Source: an uncultured bacterium (lineage in GTDB: Bacteria > Verrucomicrobiota > Verrucomicrobiia > Limisphaerales > UBA8199). From it: 64,000 nucleotides of DNA. The stretch covers positions 416,001-480,000 of the forward strand of contig CAVVMW010000004.1 of assembly GCA_963749495.1 (NCBI GenBank), read 5' to 3'. The position numbers and the translations under genes were made by a program. Shown here in pieces: positions 10,820 to 21,616 of this stretch (the stretch's first letter is position 1; every line of letters begins with the position of its first letter). The notes beneath the pieces are model-generated. The model saw nothing but the letters and a program-made list of their open reading frames with translations. It had not been told where the DNA came from and did no database searches.

Positions 10820-11815
10820 TTAGACGCCCGGCTGCGCCTTGAGGACCTCGACCATGGCGACGATGTTCTCCGGGGGCACGTCGCGCGGCACATCATGGGC
10901 CGGGGCAAAGATGTAGCCGCCCTGGCTGCCGGCATCCAGGAGCCGGCGAGTTTGCTCGCGCACCTGGGCGGGGCTGCCAAAGGGCAGCGTCTGCTGGATG
11001 CTCATCCCGCCATGGAAGGCGAGTCTGCCCCGGTGGCGGCGCAGTTCCTGGAAGACGTCCATCACTTCCGGCTGGAACGGGTTGAAGCAGTTCAGGCCCA
11101 TCTCGGCCAGGTCGTCGAAGAGTTCCTGCACCTTGCCGCAGGAGTGCAAGGAGATGAGCTTGCCGGCGGCCCGCACCGGGGCGAAGAGCCGGGCCAACCG
11201 CGGTTTGATGAACTTGCGCCAGTTGGGCGCTCCCAGGACCAGGCCGGTCTGCATGCCGTAGTCGTCGCCGAAATGGACGCAATCGACGCCCAGGGCCAGG
11301 GCCTTGCGCACCATGACCAGCCCGTGCTCGGTGATGGCGTCGAGCAACCGCTCGAACATCGCCGGGCGCTGCAGCATGTCCACGAACAGGTCCTCCATCC
11401 CGCGCAGAGCCCAGGCGCGCTCCACCAGGGCCATGCCCAGGCTGTAGCGCGTGAAGAGGCCCTGGTGCGCGGCCAGTTGCTCGGCCAGGCCCGCGTAAAG
11501 CCCGTCCTCCCCGGCATCCGGCAACCGGTAATGGTCCAGGTCGCCCGGCGAACGCAGCGGCCAGGACAAAGGCGTGCCGATGTCCTTGTCGATGCTGCGG
11601 TCCCACGTCACGCCGTAGCGGTCGCGCACGCGGGTGGCATCGAGCAGCTCGAAGCTGCGGAGCTTGCAGCGCACGTCGAACATGTGGTTGCCGAAAAAGC
11701 CCTCCAGGTCTTCGGTGCCCAGGTGCTGCTTGAGCCGCACCGCGCAGTCGGCCGTCAGGCGGATGTGCCACGGCACGTAGGCCGGCCGGAGGAAGCCAAT
11801 CGCATCCAGGACCAC
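10820..11815 (-). CDS. Uroporphyrinogen decarboxylase-family (MtaA/CmuA-like) protein
   Basis: ERAWALRGMEDL, HFGDDYG, LHSCG, FNPFQPE, GGMSIQQTLPFG, GGYIFAPAHDV, PPEN. The true start may lie near 11922 across a frameshift. Confidence 0.85.
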   Translation of the reverse strand: MVLDAIGFLRPAYVPWHIRLTADCAVRLKQHLGTEDLEGFFGNHMFDVRCKLRSFELLDATRVRDRYGVTWDRSIDKDIGTPLSWPLRSPGDLDHYRLPDAGEDGLYAGLAEQLAAHQGLFTRYSLGMALVERAWALRGMEDLFVDMLQRPAMFERLLDAITEHGLVMVRKALALGVDCVHFGDDYGMQTGLVLGAPNWRKFIKPRLARLFAPVRAAGKLISLHSCGKVQELFDDLAEMGLNCFNPFQPEVMDVFQELRRHRGRLAFHGGMSIQQTLPFGSPAQVREQTRRLLDAGSQGGYIFAPAHDVPRDVPPENIVAMVEVLKAQPGV

Positions 11816-12065
11816 CTGCCGCCTGTCGGGGCCCCTTTCTGCCCGCCCGGGGCGGGGCCTGCCGGGCCGGGAGAAGCGGCTGTGGAAAACGGAAGTGGGA
11901 GCGGTTGATCGGTCGTGCTCATCTGCCGGCGGAGCGTACCGAACCTCGAGAGGAGGGTCAAGGCGTAACGCTCAACATGAAGCGTCCCGGTGCCGAGCTG
12001 GTTGGTGCTTGATTGCCCACCCCACGGATATAGTCTCCTCCAGGTGGGCAACGGGCTTTTGTTCC

Positions 12066-12739
12066 CGGCCCAAAGGGCCGCCAGAGCCTAGCCCAGGGCT
12101 GAGGCCGTCAGGCCGATGCCCTGGGTAAACGGTGGGCGAAACCACACGCGCCCTGACAGGGCGCCAGAAGCCAAAGCTTATGCCGCAATCGCTTGCCAAA
12201 ATCTACACCCACCTGATCTTCTCCACGAAGCACCGGGAACCTTGCCTGACCGATGATATCCGCCTGGACCTGCAGGCCTATTTGGGCGGGACGCTCAACG
12301 GGTTGGCTTGCATTCCGATCGAAATCAACTCCGAGCCCGAGCACGTGCACGCACTTTTCCTCCTCGGCCGGACGATCGCGCTCAGCGATGCCATCGGAAA
12401 ACTCAAGACCAGTTCCAATGATTGGCTGCGGGGGAGGGGCGCCCGGTTTGCGCAGTTTCATTGGCAGGGCGGTTACGGAGCCTTCTCCGTCAGCCAATCG
12501 GGTGTGGAGGAGCTTCGCCGGTACATACGGAACCAGCGCGAGCACCATAAGAAGGTATCCTTCCAGGACGAGTTCCGGGCCTTTCTGCGCCGGTATGAGA
12601 TTGAATACGACGAGCGGTATGTGTGGGATTGAGGCCTCTGGCGCCCCTTGAGGGCGCGGGATCCGGTTCCGGGGCGCAACCCAGGGCATCGGCCTGGCGG
12701 CCTCAGCCCTGGGCTAGGCTCTGCCGGCCCCTCGGGCCG
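12066..12739 (+). mobile_element. HUH/Y1 transposase (RAYT-like) cassette bracketed by ~105 bp inverted REP arms (family B)
   Basis: Left arm 12066-12172 (CGGCCCAAAGGGCCG..GAGCCTAGCCCAGGGCTGAGGCCG..GCCCTGGG) is the reverse complement of right arm 12633-12739. Another arm lies at 53745-53839. Confidence 0.85.
12180..12632 (+). CDS. tnpA: IS200/IS605-family Y1 (HUH) transposase, REP-associated type
   Basis: MPQSL..HLIFSTK, HUH motif EHVHAL, FHWQGGYGAFSVS, catalytic Y in YIRNQREHH, YDERYVWD. Confidence 0.92.
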   Translation: MPQSLAKIYTHLIFSTKHREPCLTDDIRLDLQAYLGGTLNGLACIPIEINSEPEHVHALFLLGRTIALSDAIGKLKTSSNDWLRGRGARFAQFHWQGGYGAFSVSQSGVEELRRYIRNQREHHKKVSFQDEFRAFLRRYEIEYDERYVWD

Positions 12740-12822
12740 CGACAGGGGCACGCGTCGGCATTGGAGTGCCCCGAGTCACGGCCATTGACGGCGGGCGCCC
12801 GGGCACGCAGGATAAAGGCGGC

Positions 12823-13677
12823 ATGAAGCTCCTACCGATGCACGTGTTGTTGCAGGCCGCCTGGCAAGGCGGCTACGCAGTGCCTTCCTTTTGCGCCTGG
12901 AACGCGGAAGTCACCGAGACGGTCCTCCAGGCGGCGCAAGGGCTGAAGGCGCCGGTAATCCTGATGAGCGGCCCGGGGGAGTTCGGGCTGAATTCGCCGG
13001 ACACGCTGGCGCGGCTGTCGAGGGCGCTCATCGAGAAGTACGATGTTTTCGCCGCCTTACACCTCGACCACGGGGATTCGCCGGAGATGGTGGAGACGTG
13101 CCTGACGGCCGGCTACACGTCGGTGATGCTGGACTATTCCACGCGGCCGTTCGCGGAGAACGTTGCAGCGCTCCAGGCGGTGGTCAAGCGCGCCCGCCGC
13201 TTCGGCGTGACGGTCGAGGGGGAAATCGGCTGTGTCGGACGAGTTGACGATCTGAGCGTGGAAGGCGGCACGACCTCGACGCTGACGGACCCGCCGGATG
13301 CGGCGCGCTACGCGGAGGAGACCGGGGTGGACGCCCTGGCGGTATCCATCGGCAACGCGCACGGCCTCTACACCCGGCTGCCGGTCTTTGACTTTGAACG
13401 CCTGGAGAAAATCCGCAAGCTGGTCCGGGTGCCCTTGGTGCTGCACGGCGGCTCCGGCACGCAGCCCGAATACCTGCGCAAGGCGGTGGCGCTGGGCATG
13501 GCCAAGATCAATGTCGCCAGCGAGTTGTGCCAGGCCTTCCGCGCTGCCTATGCCCAGGCGGACGCGGCGGGCAAGACCCCGTGGGTGCCCATGGCCCTGA
13601 GCGCCGTCAAACCCGCCATCGGCCAAGTCGTGGAAAAGTGGATTAAGCTCTGCGGAGCCGATGGAAAGGCGGGGTGA
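12823..13677 (+). CDS. Class II fructose/tagatose-bisphosphate aldolase
   Basis: LHLDHG, GYTSVMLD, VEGEIG, LAVSIGNAHG, LVLHGGSG, KINV. Confidence 0.9.
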   Translation: MKLLPMHVLLQAAWQGGYAVPSFCAWNAEVTETVLQAAQGLKAPVILMSGPGEFGLNSPDTLARLSRALIEKYDVFAALHLDHGDSPEMVETCLTAGYTSVMLDYSTRPFAENVAALQAVVKRARRFGVTVEGEIGCVGRVDDLSVEGGTTSTLTDPPDAARYAEETGVDALAVSIGNAHGLYTRLPVFDFERLEKIRKLVRVPLVLHGGSGTQPEYLRKAVALGMAKINVASELCQAFRAAYAQADAAGKTPWVPMALSAVKPAIGQVVEKWIKLCGADGKAG

Positions 13678-13885
13678 GGCGGGATCGAAATGACGAATGA
13701 CGAATGACGAATGACGAATGGACCGAATGCGGAGTGCGGAATGCCCGTCCTCCGTAGCAGTGCTACTGCGGAGGGTGGACGGAGTGCGGAGTGTTCCGGT
13801 GGGAATGTTGGGTCTGGATTGCGGCGCGGCCAATGACGAATGACGAATGACGAATAAGGGAACTCTCAGCTATTCTTAGTCGCCT

Positions 13886-14594
13886 ATGGTAATTGAACCG
13901 ACTGTCCAACACACTGGCCTGCAAAGCCGCAGGCAATTCATCAAACAATCAGGCGCCATCGCGGGCGCGGCCGGGCTGGGCCTGGCCCTGAGCCCCCAGT
14001 TGGCGGCCCAGAGCGGGGGGGCCAATGACAGGGTCGTCTTCGGCCTCATCGGCTGCGGCACGATGGGCCGCGAGAACATGCGCCACTTCCTGGGGCTCAA
14101 CCAGCCCGTGGCCGCCGTTTGCGACGTGGACCAGAGCCACGCCGAGCGGGCGGCAGGCGAGGTGACCAAGGCGGGCCAGCCCGCGCCAAAGCAGTTCAAG
14201 GACTTCCGGCAACTGCTCGAGCAAAAGGACATCAACGCGGTCATTATCGGCACGCCCGACCATTGGCACGCCCTGACCTTCATCGCCGCCTGCGAGGCGG
14301 GCAAGGACATCTATTGCGAGAAGCCGATCTCGCACAGCCTGGTCGAGGCCAAGGCGATGCTGGGCGCGGCCCGCCACTTCAACCGGGTCGTCCAAATCGG
14401 CACCTGGCAGCGCAGCATGAAGCACTTCCAAGACCACGATCGTCTGTCACCTGGGCAATATCGCCTTGCAGTCCGGCAAGCTCATCCATTGGGACGCGGG
14501 GCGGGTGGATGTGTCCAATCCGCAGGATGTCAGGAATTGCGTCTCCTACGAACGTGAATACCGCAGCCCGTGGAAGCTCGCGATTTATAGCTAG
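13886..14594 (+). pseudogene. Tat-exported Gfo/Idh/MocA oxidoreductase with large internal deletion
   Basis: SRRQFIK Tat signal, IGCGTMG, TPDHWH, CEKP, QIGTWQRS. At ~14432 the sequence jumps out of frame to C-terminal text (TTIVCHLGNIA..WD..REYRSPWKL*). Confidence 0.8.
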
Positions 14595-14622
14595 AGCCTG
14601 TCCCAAGAGATCTGATTCCGGA

Positions 14623-14737
14623 CCTTTGTCGCAGCCTTTGTCGGCACCTTTGTCTCAACCTTTGTCGGCACCTTTGTCGGCACCTTTGTCGAAAATGGGC
14701 CAATGCGACAAAGGCTGCGACAAAGGTCGCGACAAAG
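14623..14737. repeat. Tandem 12-mer (CCTTTGTCGGCA-like) plus inverted (CGACAAAGG) units
   Basis: About 6 direct and 3 inverted units between convergent genes; a related array is at 19055-19143. Confidence 0.85.
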
Positions 14738-14748
14738 TCTTCTCTCAG

Positions 14749-15903
14749 CTAGCCCTTGGCCATGCCGTCGGTGAAGGTGGCGGTGGTCAGGGACATGCCG
14801 GCCAGGTGGTCGTTGACCCATTTGATGCCGGCGCTGCAGGCGCCCAGCAGGTGCGGCGCCGGGGCGGTCAGGGGCAGGATGCTGTCTTCGGCCTCGCTGA
14901 AGATCGGCATGACGTCGCCGCCACTGATGGCGCAAAAGCGGTCGCCGACGCCGATGGCCAAGAGCATCTTGGCATAGCTTTGGAGGTTGACCTCGCCCTC
15001 GCCGTGGCCGCAGAACTGGTGTCCGCGCTGGGGCCAGTCCTCGGTGATCATGAGCGTGGAGGCGCCGTCGAGGCACTTGAAATTCTTGGCATGGCTGCCG
15101 ACCACGCGCGGGGCGACAAACGGGCTGGTGAACCGCTGGGTCCATTTCTCCCCGGCCCAACAGTGGCTGGGGTCGCCCCAGACGCACAGGCAGCGGTCGT
15201 AGTCGGTGGCCATCAACAGCAGGCCGAAATCGCGGGAGCAGATGGCGCCGGTGCCGGGGTGGATTTCGTGGGCCAGGTAGGCGCCCAACTTGTTTGCCCG
15301 GGCGCGGATGGGCGCCGTCTTGTCCCGGAACCGCTCCAACCCCTGGGCCATCATGGCGTCCCAGCCGAAGAACCACGGGTAGCCGCTGTGCAGGACCGGG
15401 TGGCCCCACAGCCCCCAGAACCAGCCGAAGATGTGAATGCCGGCGGCGGCGCCCGTCTCAAGCAGGCCCAGGATGTAGTCTTGCGACCAGTCCTCGACGA
15501 ACTGCGCGCCTTTGGCCAGGACGGGCGCCGGCACGAATTTCTCGGCGTACTCCAGGCCCCACTTTGCGCTCAGGTGCGCGTAGGCGGCGCAATGGGCGCT
15601 GATGGTGGGCGCTACGATGCCCAGCGCCCCCAGGACCTGCCGCACCTCCTTGGGGTTCCGCAAGACAATACGGCAGTTCTCCCCGTGACCGGGCCCGTTT
15701 AACAGGTAGTTGGTAATCATGATGGAACGGGCGCCGGACTCCGTGGCGTACTGGCCCACGGCCTCCAGCGTCTTGAAGGTCCCGGCGAGTTGGCCGGTTT
15801 CAACTCCGGCCACGAGGCTGACCTGCCTGCCGCAACCGAGGCCCAGCCGAGCACGATTCGGATCGAAATAAGCGTTCAGTTCTTTGAAGAATAGCGGATT
15901 CAT
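14749..15903 (-). CDS. Sugar-phosphate isomerase/epimerase (xylose isomerase-like / AP endonuclease 2 TIM barrel)
   Basis: AHEIHPG, WGDPSH, GSHAKN, GHGEGEVN, SEAED metal ligands. Confidence 0.8.
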   Translation of the reverse strand: MNPLFFKELNAYFDPNRARLGLGCGRQVSLVAGVETGQLAGTFKTLEAVGQYATESGARSIMITNYLLNGPGHGENCRIVLRNPKEVRQVLGALGIVAPTISAHCAAYAHLSAKWGLEYAEKFVPAPVLAKGAQFVEDWSQDYILGLLETGAAAGIHIFGWFWGLWGHPVLHSGYPWFFGWDAMMAQGLERFRDKTAPIRARANKLGAYLAHEIHPGTGAICSRDFGLLLMATDYDRCLCVWGDPSHCWAGEKWTQRFTSPFVAPRVVGSHAKNFKCLDGASTLMITEDWPQRGHQFCGHGEGEVNLQSYAKMLLAIGVGDRFCAISGGDVMPIFSEAEDSILPLTAPAPHLLGACSAGIKWVNDHLAGMSLTTATFTDGMAKG

Positions 15904-16054
15904 AGTGCCCCTATTCTTAGCCCACCGCTCATAGGTTTCCAGACAAATCCGAAATCCGAAAACCGGAACTGGCAGAAAGATGGGATGGCAGGAAAATAAA
16001 AAGAAACCATCTTTCTGCCAGTTTCGGATTTCGGATTTGCCTGGTTTCACTGAG

Positions 16055-16801
16055 ATGGCGATTGTTCAATGGTCCGGCCAAGTTATGGATGAGACCGCTG
16101 AATCGGAAGTGCATGTCTGGTCGCTCTCGCTGGGTCTGACGCCGGCGGCCCTGGCAGATGCCGCCTCGCTCCTGGACCCGGCTGAAGCCGAGCGGGCCGC
16201 CCGCTTCCGCTTCGAGCGCGACCGCCATCGCTTCATCGCCGGGCGCGGACAATTGCGCGCCATCCTGGGCTCTTGCCTCAAGGCGGACCCGGCCGGGCTC
16301 CAGTTTGGCTGCGGCCCGCAAGGCAAACCGGTCCTTGCGGGCGCCGGGTCCCGCGCCAACTGGCATTTCAATCTCACGCACTCGGCCGACCTGGCCCTGC
16401 TCGCCCTGACCCGCTGCGGACCGGTCGGCATCGATGTGGAACGAATCCGCCCCATGACCGATGCCGGCCGGCTGGTCGCGCGCTTTTTCTCACCGCGCGA
16501 AAGCGCGGCCTTCCAGGCCCTGCCTGCGGAGCAGCAACCGGCGGCCTTTTTCAATCTCTGGACCCGGAAGGAGGCCTGGCTCAAGGCAACCGGCCGGGGC
16601 CTCTCCCAGTCCCTGGCACTGGTGGAGGTCTCCTTTGTGCCGGGTGAACCGGCCCGGCTGCTGGGCCTGCCCGGGGGCGCGGAGGCCCTGTTGCGCTGGC
16701 GGCTCGATGATCTGGCCCCTGCCCCGGGCTTCGCCGGGGCGCTCGTGGCCCCCGCCCAGGCACAGCCGCAGCCGCTCAGGCAGTGGAGGGGCGGCCAGTA
16801 A
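16055..16801 (+). CDS. 4'-phosphopantetheinyl transferase (Sfp/HetI type)
   Basis: EVHVW, ERAARF, GKP, HFNLTHS, VGIDVE, FFNLWTRKEAWLKATGRGL. Confidence 0.92.
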   Translation: MAIVQWSGQVMDETAESEVHVWSLSLGLTPAALADAASLLDPAEAERAARFRFERDRHRFIAGRGQLRAILGSCLKADPAGLQFGCGPQGKPVLAGAGSRANWHFNLTHSADLALLALTRCGPVGIDVERIRPMTDAGRLVARFFSPRESAAFQALPAEQQPAAFFNLWTRKEAWLKATGRGLSQSLALVEVSFVPGEPARLLGLPGGAEALLRWRLDDLAPAPGFAGALVAPAQAQPQPLRQWRGGQ

Positions 16802-16899
16802 ACCTCGTTTCGGGAGCAACCGGAAACGAGGGGCGAGGGGTAGCCGGCCAGTGCAGCCGGAAACGGAGTGCGGGGGCGACCCCTCACCCCGGCCCTCTC

Positions 16900-17123
16900 G
16901 GTCCACGGTTCAGGGCGTGGGAATGGTCACGCGTCGCGTAGCGACGCAGTGAAGGTAGCCGTGGACCTTGGTCCACGGTTCAGGACGTGGGAATGGTCAC
17001 GCGTCGCGTAGCGACGCCTGACAGCGTCGCGGTTTTCAGGCGTCGCTACGCGACGCGGTCGAGCTTGGGCGGTGGGTCCGTGGACTGGAAGTCCACGGCT
17101 ACCATCGGGCACCGCTACGCGGT
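16900..17123. repeat. REP-like palindromic cluster (CGTCGCGTAGCGACG) with internal ~47 bp direct duplication
   Basis: GGTCCACGGTTCAGG.CGTGGGAATGGTCACGCGTCGCGTAGCGACG occurs twice (from 16900 and 16970). The element also has an inverted GGTAGCCGTGGAC..GTCCACGGCTACC pair. Confidence 0.8.
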
Positions 17124-17150
17124 GAGCCGGGGGCAATGACGCCCCCGCCT

Positions 17151-18177
17151 TCACCCGCACTCGTGCGGGCTGTGCGGATGAACTGGCGTCCAGTGCGGGA
17201 GGTTGAGGGCCACCTGCTTTTCTTCGGCCAGGAAGATCGAATCGCGATTGGCCGCCATTGCTTTGAGCTGCGCGACGGCGTCGGCATCGAGCGGGGTAAA
17301 GCGCTTGGCTCCCTCGATGGTCCGGTCGAGCAAGTCGAAGTAGGAGGGAGGGATGCCGGCCACAACGCCGGGCTGCGAGAGGGTGAAGCGCATGGCCAGC
17401 TCGACATCCTTGAGGTCCTCGACCGTGCGGTACCACCACTGGCGATCCTTTTGGGCGGCTTTGGGCCATGCGCCCCAGGAGAGCGGTTTGATGGCGAGCA
17501 CGGCCGCGCCCTGCTCGTTGGCCAGGGCCAGCACCTCCTGGCCGAAGCCGCGCGTGTAAAACTCCACGAAATTGATCGGGAACATCACGGTGTCGAACTT
17601 GAACCCCTTGAGGGCCTCGATGGCCGCCTTGGTGGTATGGGCGGAGAAGCCGATGTGCTTGATCTTGCCCTCGTCGCGGGCCTTGAGAAAGGTCTCGAGG
17701 GCGCCGCCGGGGCCCAGTGCCTGCTTCACGGCGGCGGGTTGGACCAAGTGGTGCAACTGGTAGAGGTCGAGGTGATCGGTCTTGAGCTTTCTCAGGGAAT
17801 CCTCCAGTTCCTTGCGGGCGCCTTCTTTGTCGCGCTGCTTGGTTTTGCAGGCCAGGAAATAGCGGCTGCGGTCCAGCCCCTGGAGGCCGATCCCCATCCG
17901 GGTCTGGGCCTCGCCATACGCGGGGGCCACGTCGAAGTAGTTCACCCCCCGTTCGAAGGCGTCGTGGAGCGCGGCAGTCCCTTTCTCCTGGTCGTCTTGG
18001 TTGAGCGCCAGGCCGGGGAAGCCGACCACCGAGAGTTTTTGCCCGGTCCGGCCCAGGACGCGCCGGGGCAGGCCCGACACGGCCTGGGCAGACGTTTGCG
18101 CGAAGACCTGCGGAACGCCCAAAGCCGTCACGCCGGCGACGCTGCCCACAGTCTTGAGGAATGCTTCTTCGTTTCAT
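17151..18177 (-). CDS. Tat-exported aldo/keto reductase (one extra base in the signal-peptide region)
   Basis: LPRRVLGRTG, GVNYFDVAPAYG, LACKT, LDLYQLH, GKIKHIGFSAH. Removing one A near 18165 gives the start MKRRAFLKTVGS. Confidence 0.88.
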
Positions 18178-18270
18178 ACGATCTTCAGTTGGAACTTTGT
18201 ATCGGAGCTATTCTCCCTCACTTGGCCCTTGGGTGCAACTCTGTCCCGGCGCGGCGGCGCGGCAGAGCCG

Positions 18271-18471
18271 GGGCCATTGACAAAGTCGCTCGGCGCGCCT
18301 GTGCGCCAGGGGCGCCAGCGTAGCGCAGGTTTCCAAACCTGCTGTGTCGCGGGTTTCCAAACCCGCAGGCCGTCCGCAAACCGGGGGCGCTCGACATGCC
18401 GAGGGCCTGCCGATTGGAAATCGGCGATACAGCAGGTTTGGAAACCTGCGCTACAGCTTTGTCAACGGCCC
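18271..18471. mobile_element. ~200 bp MITE-like element with 15 bp terminal inverted repeats enclosing GTAG-type REP hairpins
   Basis: Ends GGGCCATTGACAAAG / CTTTGTCAACGGCCC; internal GTAGCGCAGGTTTCCAAACCTGC; near-identical inverted copy at 34144-34345. Confidence 0.75.
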
Positions 18472-18537
18472 TCCCGGCCGCGGTCGTGCTGCGGGATTCG
18501 GGTTGCCTTTCCCGGGAGCAATGGCAGGTTCTGGGGC

Positions 18538-18999
18538 ATGCACCTGCGCACCTTGCTCATGGCGTGGCTGGCGAGCGGCTTGCTGGCGGCAACGCTCGTT
18601 GCCGCCGAGACCTCCCCCACCAACGCCCCGGCGCCTGCAACCCCCGCCCCCGCCCGCGAGCCCGGCAAGGAGCCCGCAAAGGACAAGGCCAAGAGCAAGG
18701 AGCCGGAGGAGAAGCTGGTCCAGTCCCGGCACACGGCCACCATCGGCGGCCAGCGCCTGAACTATGCGGCCACTGCCGGGACGATCCAGTTGCGGGACGA
18801 GGACGACAAGCCCACGGCCTCGATCTTTTACATTGCCTACACGCTCAATCACCTCAACGTGGACCCCGCCCTGCTGGACAACCTCACACTGGACACCTAC
18901 ACCGCCGGGCACATGATGTACCTCAACCTGCCGGATTTGAGGAAGTCCAAGACCGACCTGGCCCGGTTCATCCGCTCCGGCTTGCCGCCAGGAAAGTAG
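18538..18999 (+). pseudogene. Peptidase S10 (serine carboxypeptidase)-like gene with in-frame internal deletion
   Basis: Signal peptide and S10 N-terminal text (IGGQRLNYAATAG, ASIFYIAYT) joined directly to C-terminal text (YTLNHL..AGHMMYL). The NGGPG and GESY catalytic core is absent. Confidence 0.75.
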
Positions 19000-19212
19000 A
19001 GTGAGGCCTGGGGCAGGCTCCCAGCCTGCCTGGCAAAACCGCTCGGACTCCAGACCTTTGTCGCGGCCTTTGTCGCGGCCTTTGTCGAAGCGCAGCCAAT
19101 CCGATCCCGCTGAGCGGGATTGCGACAAAGGTCTCGACAAAGATCCCCGCTCGGGGCGCTCGCGCAAACGGCGCTACACGCACCCGTCTTGCTGCACCCA
19201 ACGGTTGAGGCA

Positions 19213-19485
19213 CTACCCCTCGAAGACCTTCAACAGGCGGTTGTTGACGTAGAGCCGGCTCCGGTGGCCGACGAGCGGTTTGCGCTGCCTCTCGATGCGA
19301 ACGGTGGACTTTTCCTGTTCGCCCACCACGAACACGTCGACCTCCAGGGCCGGCTCGTTGATCAGGCGGAGGGATTTCTTGACCGGTTTTTCGTTCACCT
19401 TCACGAGCAGGGTGCCGAGGAGTTGGTTGAAGTTGTATTCCAGGCGGTGTTTCTCGGTGTCTCCGATCTCGATCACGAACTTCAT
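19213..19485 (-). CDS. Hypothetical 90 aa beta-rich protein
   Basis: ATG start, host-like codon usage, plausible composition, occupies an otherwise empty slot. Confidence 0.7.
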   Translation of the reverse strand: MKFVIEIGDTEKHRLEYNFNQLLGTLLVKVNEKPVKKSLRLINEPALEVDVFVVGEQEKSTVRIERQRKPLVGHRSRLYVNNRLLKVFEG

Positions 19486-19628
19486 AAAGGTAGTTGGGCT
19501 GTTGGCCGCAAGGATTGTGCCAGTTCCGCCGGAAGGAAGAAAGGAAGCATCAGGCGCGAGCGACGTGTCCTAAAATTGGGCAGGAGTGTCCAGATTCGGC
19601 GGCCCAACGGGCCGCCAGAGCCTAGCCC

Positions 19629-21616
19629 CAGTTTACGAGTTATTTCAAGGGTGCCTCGGAATTGGTTGTCAACCAGCAGGTTACAACCTGGCCCCTCTAT
19701 GCCCTAAAACGGCGATTTGGGGGCTCTCAGTTCGAGTATCTCCATCAGCTTTGCCTGGATTTCGTCCCGCTTGGTCAGCACCGGCTGCTCCGTGGCCGGT
19801 CGGCCTGCGCGGCGGGCTGGGTAAACATTGATCACCTCCTGAATCCGGCCCAACTTCTCCAGCAGACCGGCCATGGATAAGCGCACGCCCGCCTGCCGTG
19901 CGCGGCGCCACACCAGGGCTCGGAGCAGTACCCGCAATAGTCCAGATAGAGTCCATGGACTTGGATCTTGCTCTCGGTCCAGTGGTGCAGTGGCCACCAG
20001 GCGCCAATGTGCCGGTCCTTCATTTCGTGGAAAATCTCCTCGATGACAAATTGGCTCCGGTAAGCGCGAATTACCTGGGCGTCGGTCCATTCCTTATGAC
20101 CGGTGATGAGCAGCGTCTTGCCCAGATACGTATCGGCCAACTGTTGCTGCGCGGCTGGGTCCGCCACGTAAGCCAATTGGAGCACGCCCGCCGCCGTCCG
20201 CGAGACGGTGGTCTTGAGCAACTGGCCCAGATGCTGACGGTGAAGAATCTGGTCGCACTTGCGCTGGACCGATTCGACGCTCGGCAGGGTGCCTCCCTTA
20301 ATCGAGCCTGCGGCACGGTCTTGGAGGTTCTGCCGCACTTGGGCCAACTGGCTCAGCGCGCGGGCCAGGTCGTTTTGCACCGTCGCCCATTGGCTGGCAA
20401 AGAGGTGCTCGTTGTAAGTGACCACCACCGTGCGCTCCTTGCCATAGACCACCAGTTGGGTGTGCCAGCTTTTGGTGCCTTCCAGGCCCGGCTCGGTGGC
20501 GGCCTGCCAACGGGCGTCCTGGTTGGAAATCCGCATCAGGTCGGGATGCTCGTCCAACTTGACCGAACCGACGTAGGGCAGTCCGAGTTGGTCAATCAAG
20601 CCGAAGTTGTCCTCGGAGTTGTTGCCCTTATCGAAGATGAGCGTCGGTTTGACCGTGGCCCAGGTCGAACCGGCCCGCTCCACCAGCCAGCGCTGAAACC
20701 TCGCCAGCACTTGCGGGAACTCCTTGGCGTCGTTGCGGTTGCCCTCATAGACCTCGTAAAAGAGCGGCAACTGCCCGTCGGTGGAGCAGAACAGGGCATA
20801 GCTGACTTGCCGCAGATTGCACCGGCCCTGCTTGTTCTTGCCGCGTTTGGCGACTTGGCACTTGAGGTTGAAGGTGTCGATGAAGGTGTAGAAGTTGGTG
20901 CCGTCATAACAAATCTGCGAGAGCGGGATTTGCTCCCGCTGCAGGACGCCGCCGATGAGTTGCTGCCAGATGGCCTGGGCGGTGAGCGGCTCGATGCGGT
21001 CCATGTGATCCCAGAAGCGCTGGGAGGTCAATTGCGCCGCCGACGCCTCGGGCCATAAACGCGCCAGGCAGGTGCGGCCAAGCCAATCCCACATCGCCTG
21101 CTTGCTGACCGGGTCGTAGGCACGGTTGATGGCCGCCAGGCGGATGTAGTCGCCGGTGCTCAGTCCCTGGTCGCGCTTGGGGCATAGTTGATCGACCAGT
21201 TCGGCGACCCGGGCACGGCGCGTTTCCTGCCAGAGGGCCAGCGGCAGGGCCCAGTCGAGCACCTGGGCGTATTGGGGAGGGGGGCCGGTGCCCGCAACGG
21301 CTTGCGCGATATCCTCGGCTTTGCCGAGGTATCTTTGGGAGAGGCGGCGGCATTTGCCGTTTTTCCAACCCCAGAGGGAGAGATAGTAGTAGGTGTGGCC
21401 ATGAATGTTTTTGGCTTCGAGGCGATGCATAGCGCGCCGGACATGCGACGCGCATATTCAGGGCATAGTTACAGAAGATTGTCAAGCATAATATCTCATT
21501 TCATAGGGAAATATTGACGGTATCTGGGCTTGTGTTTTAGGGCATAGTGAGGAGGACGCGCAAACATTTGGGTCAGAAGGCCTTACACAGAATGGGCTAT
21601 GCTAACTCGTAAACTG
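19629..21616 (-). mobile_element. IS1634-like insertion sequence (~2 kb)
   Basis: 14 bp terminal IR CAGTTTACGAGTTA / TAACTCGTAAACTG. Symmetric subterminal IR CTATGCCCTAAAAC (19697-19710) / GTTTTAGGGCATAG (21534-21547). One DDE transposase inside. Confidence 0.85.
19704..21430 (-). CDS. IS1634-family DDE transposase (frameshift near 19945)
   Basis: YYYL..W..GK...RYLG N-terminus, YDGTNFYT, RGKNKQGR, YEGNRND, IFDKG, YRSQFVIEEIFHEMK, PLHHW. The C-terminus continues in ORF 19704..20090. Confidence 0.85.

Noticed and set aside
12180..12632. IS605-type element with TnpB/IscB and omegaRNA
   Set aside because: No TnpB ORF follows; the gene is closed immediately by the inverted REP arm.
14623..14737. 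Short repeat arrays (also 3728-3822, 16900-17016, 19055-19143) as CRISPR
   Set aside because: Units are 7-12 bp tandem or two-copy duplications without unique spacers, and no cas genes are present.
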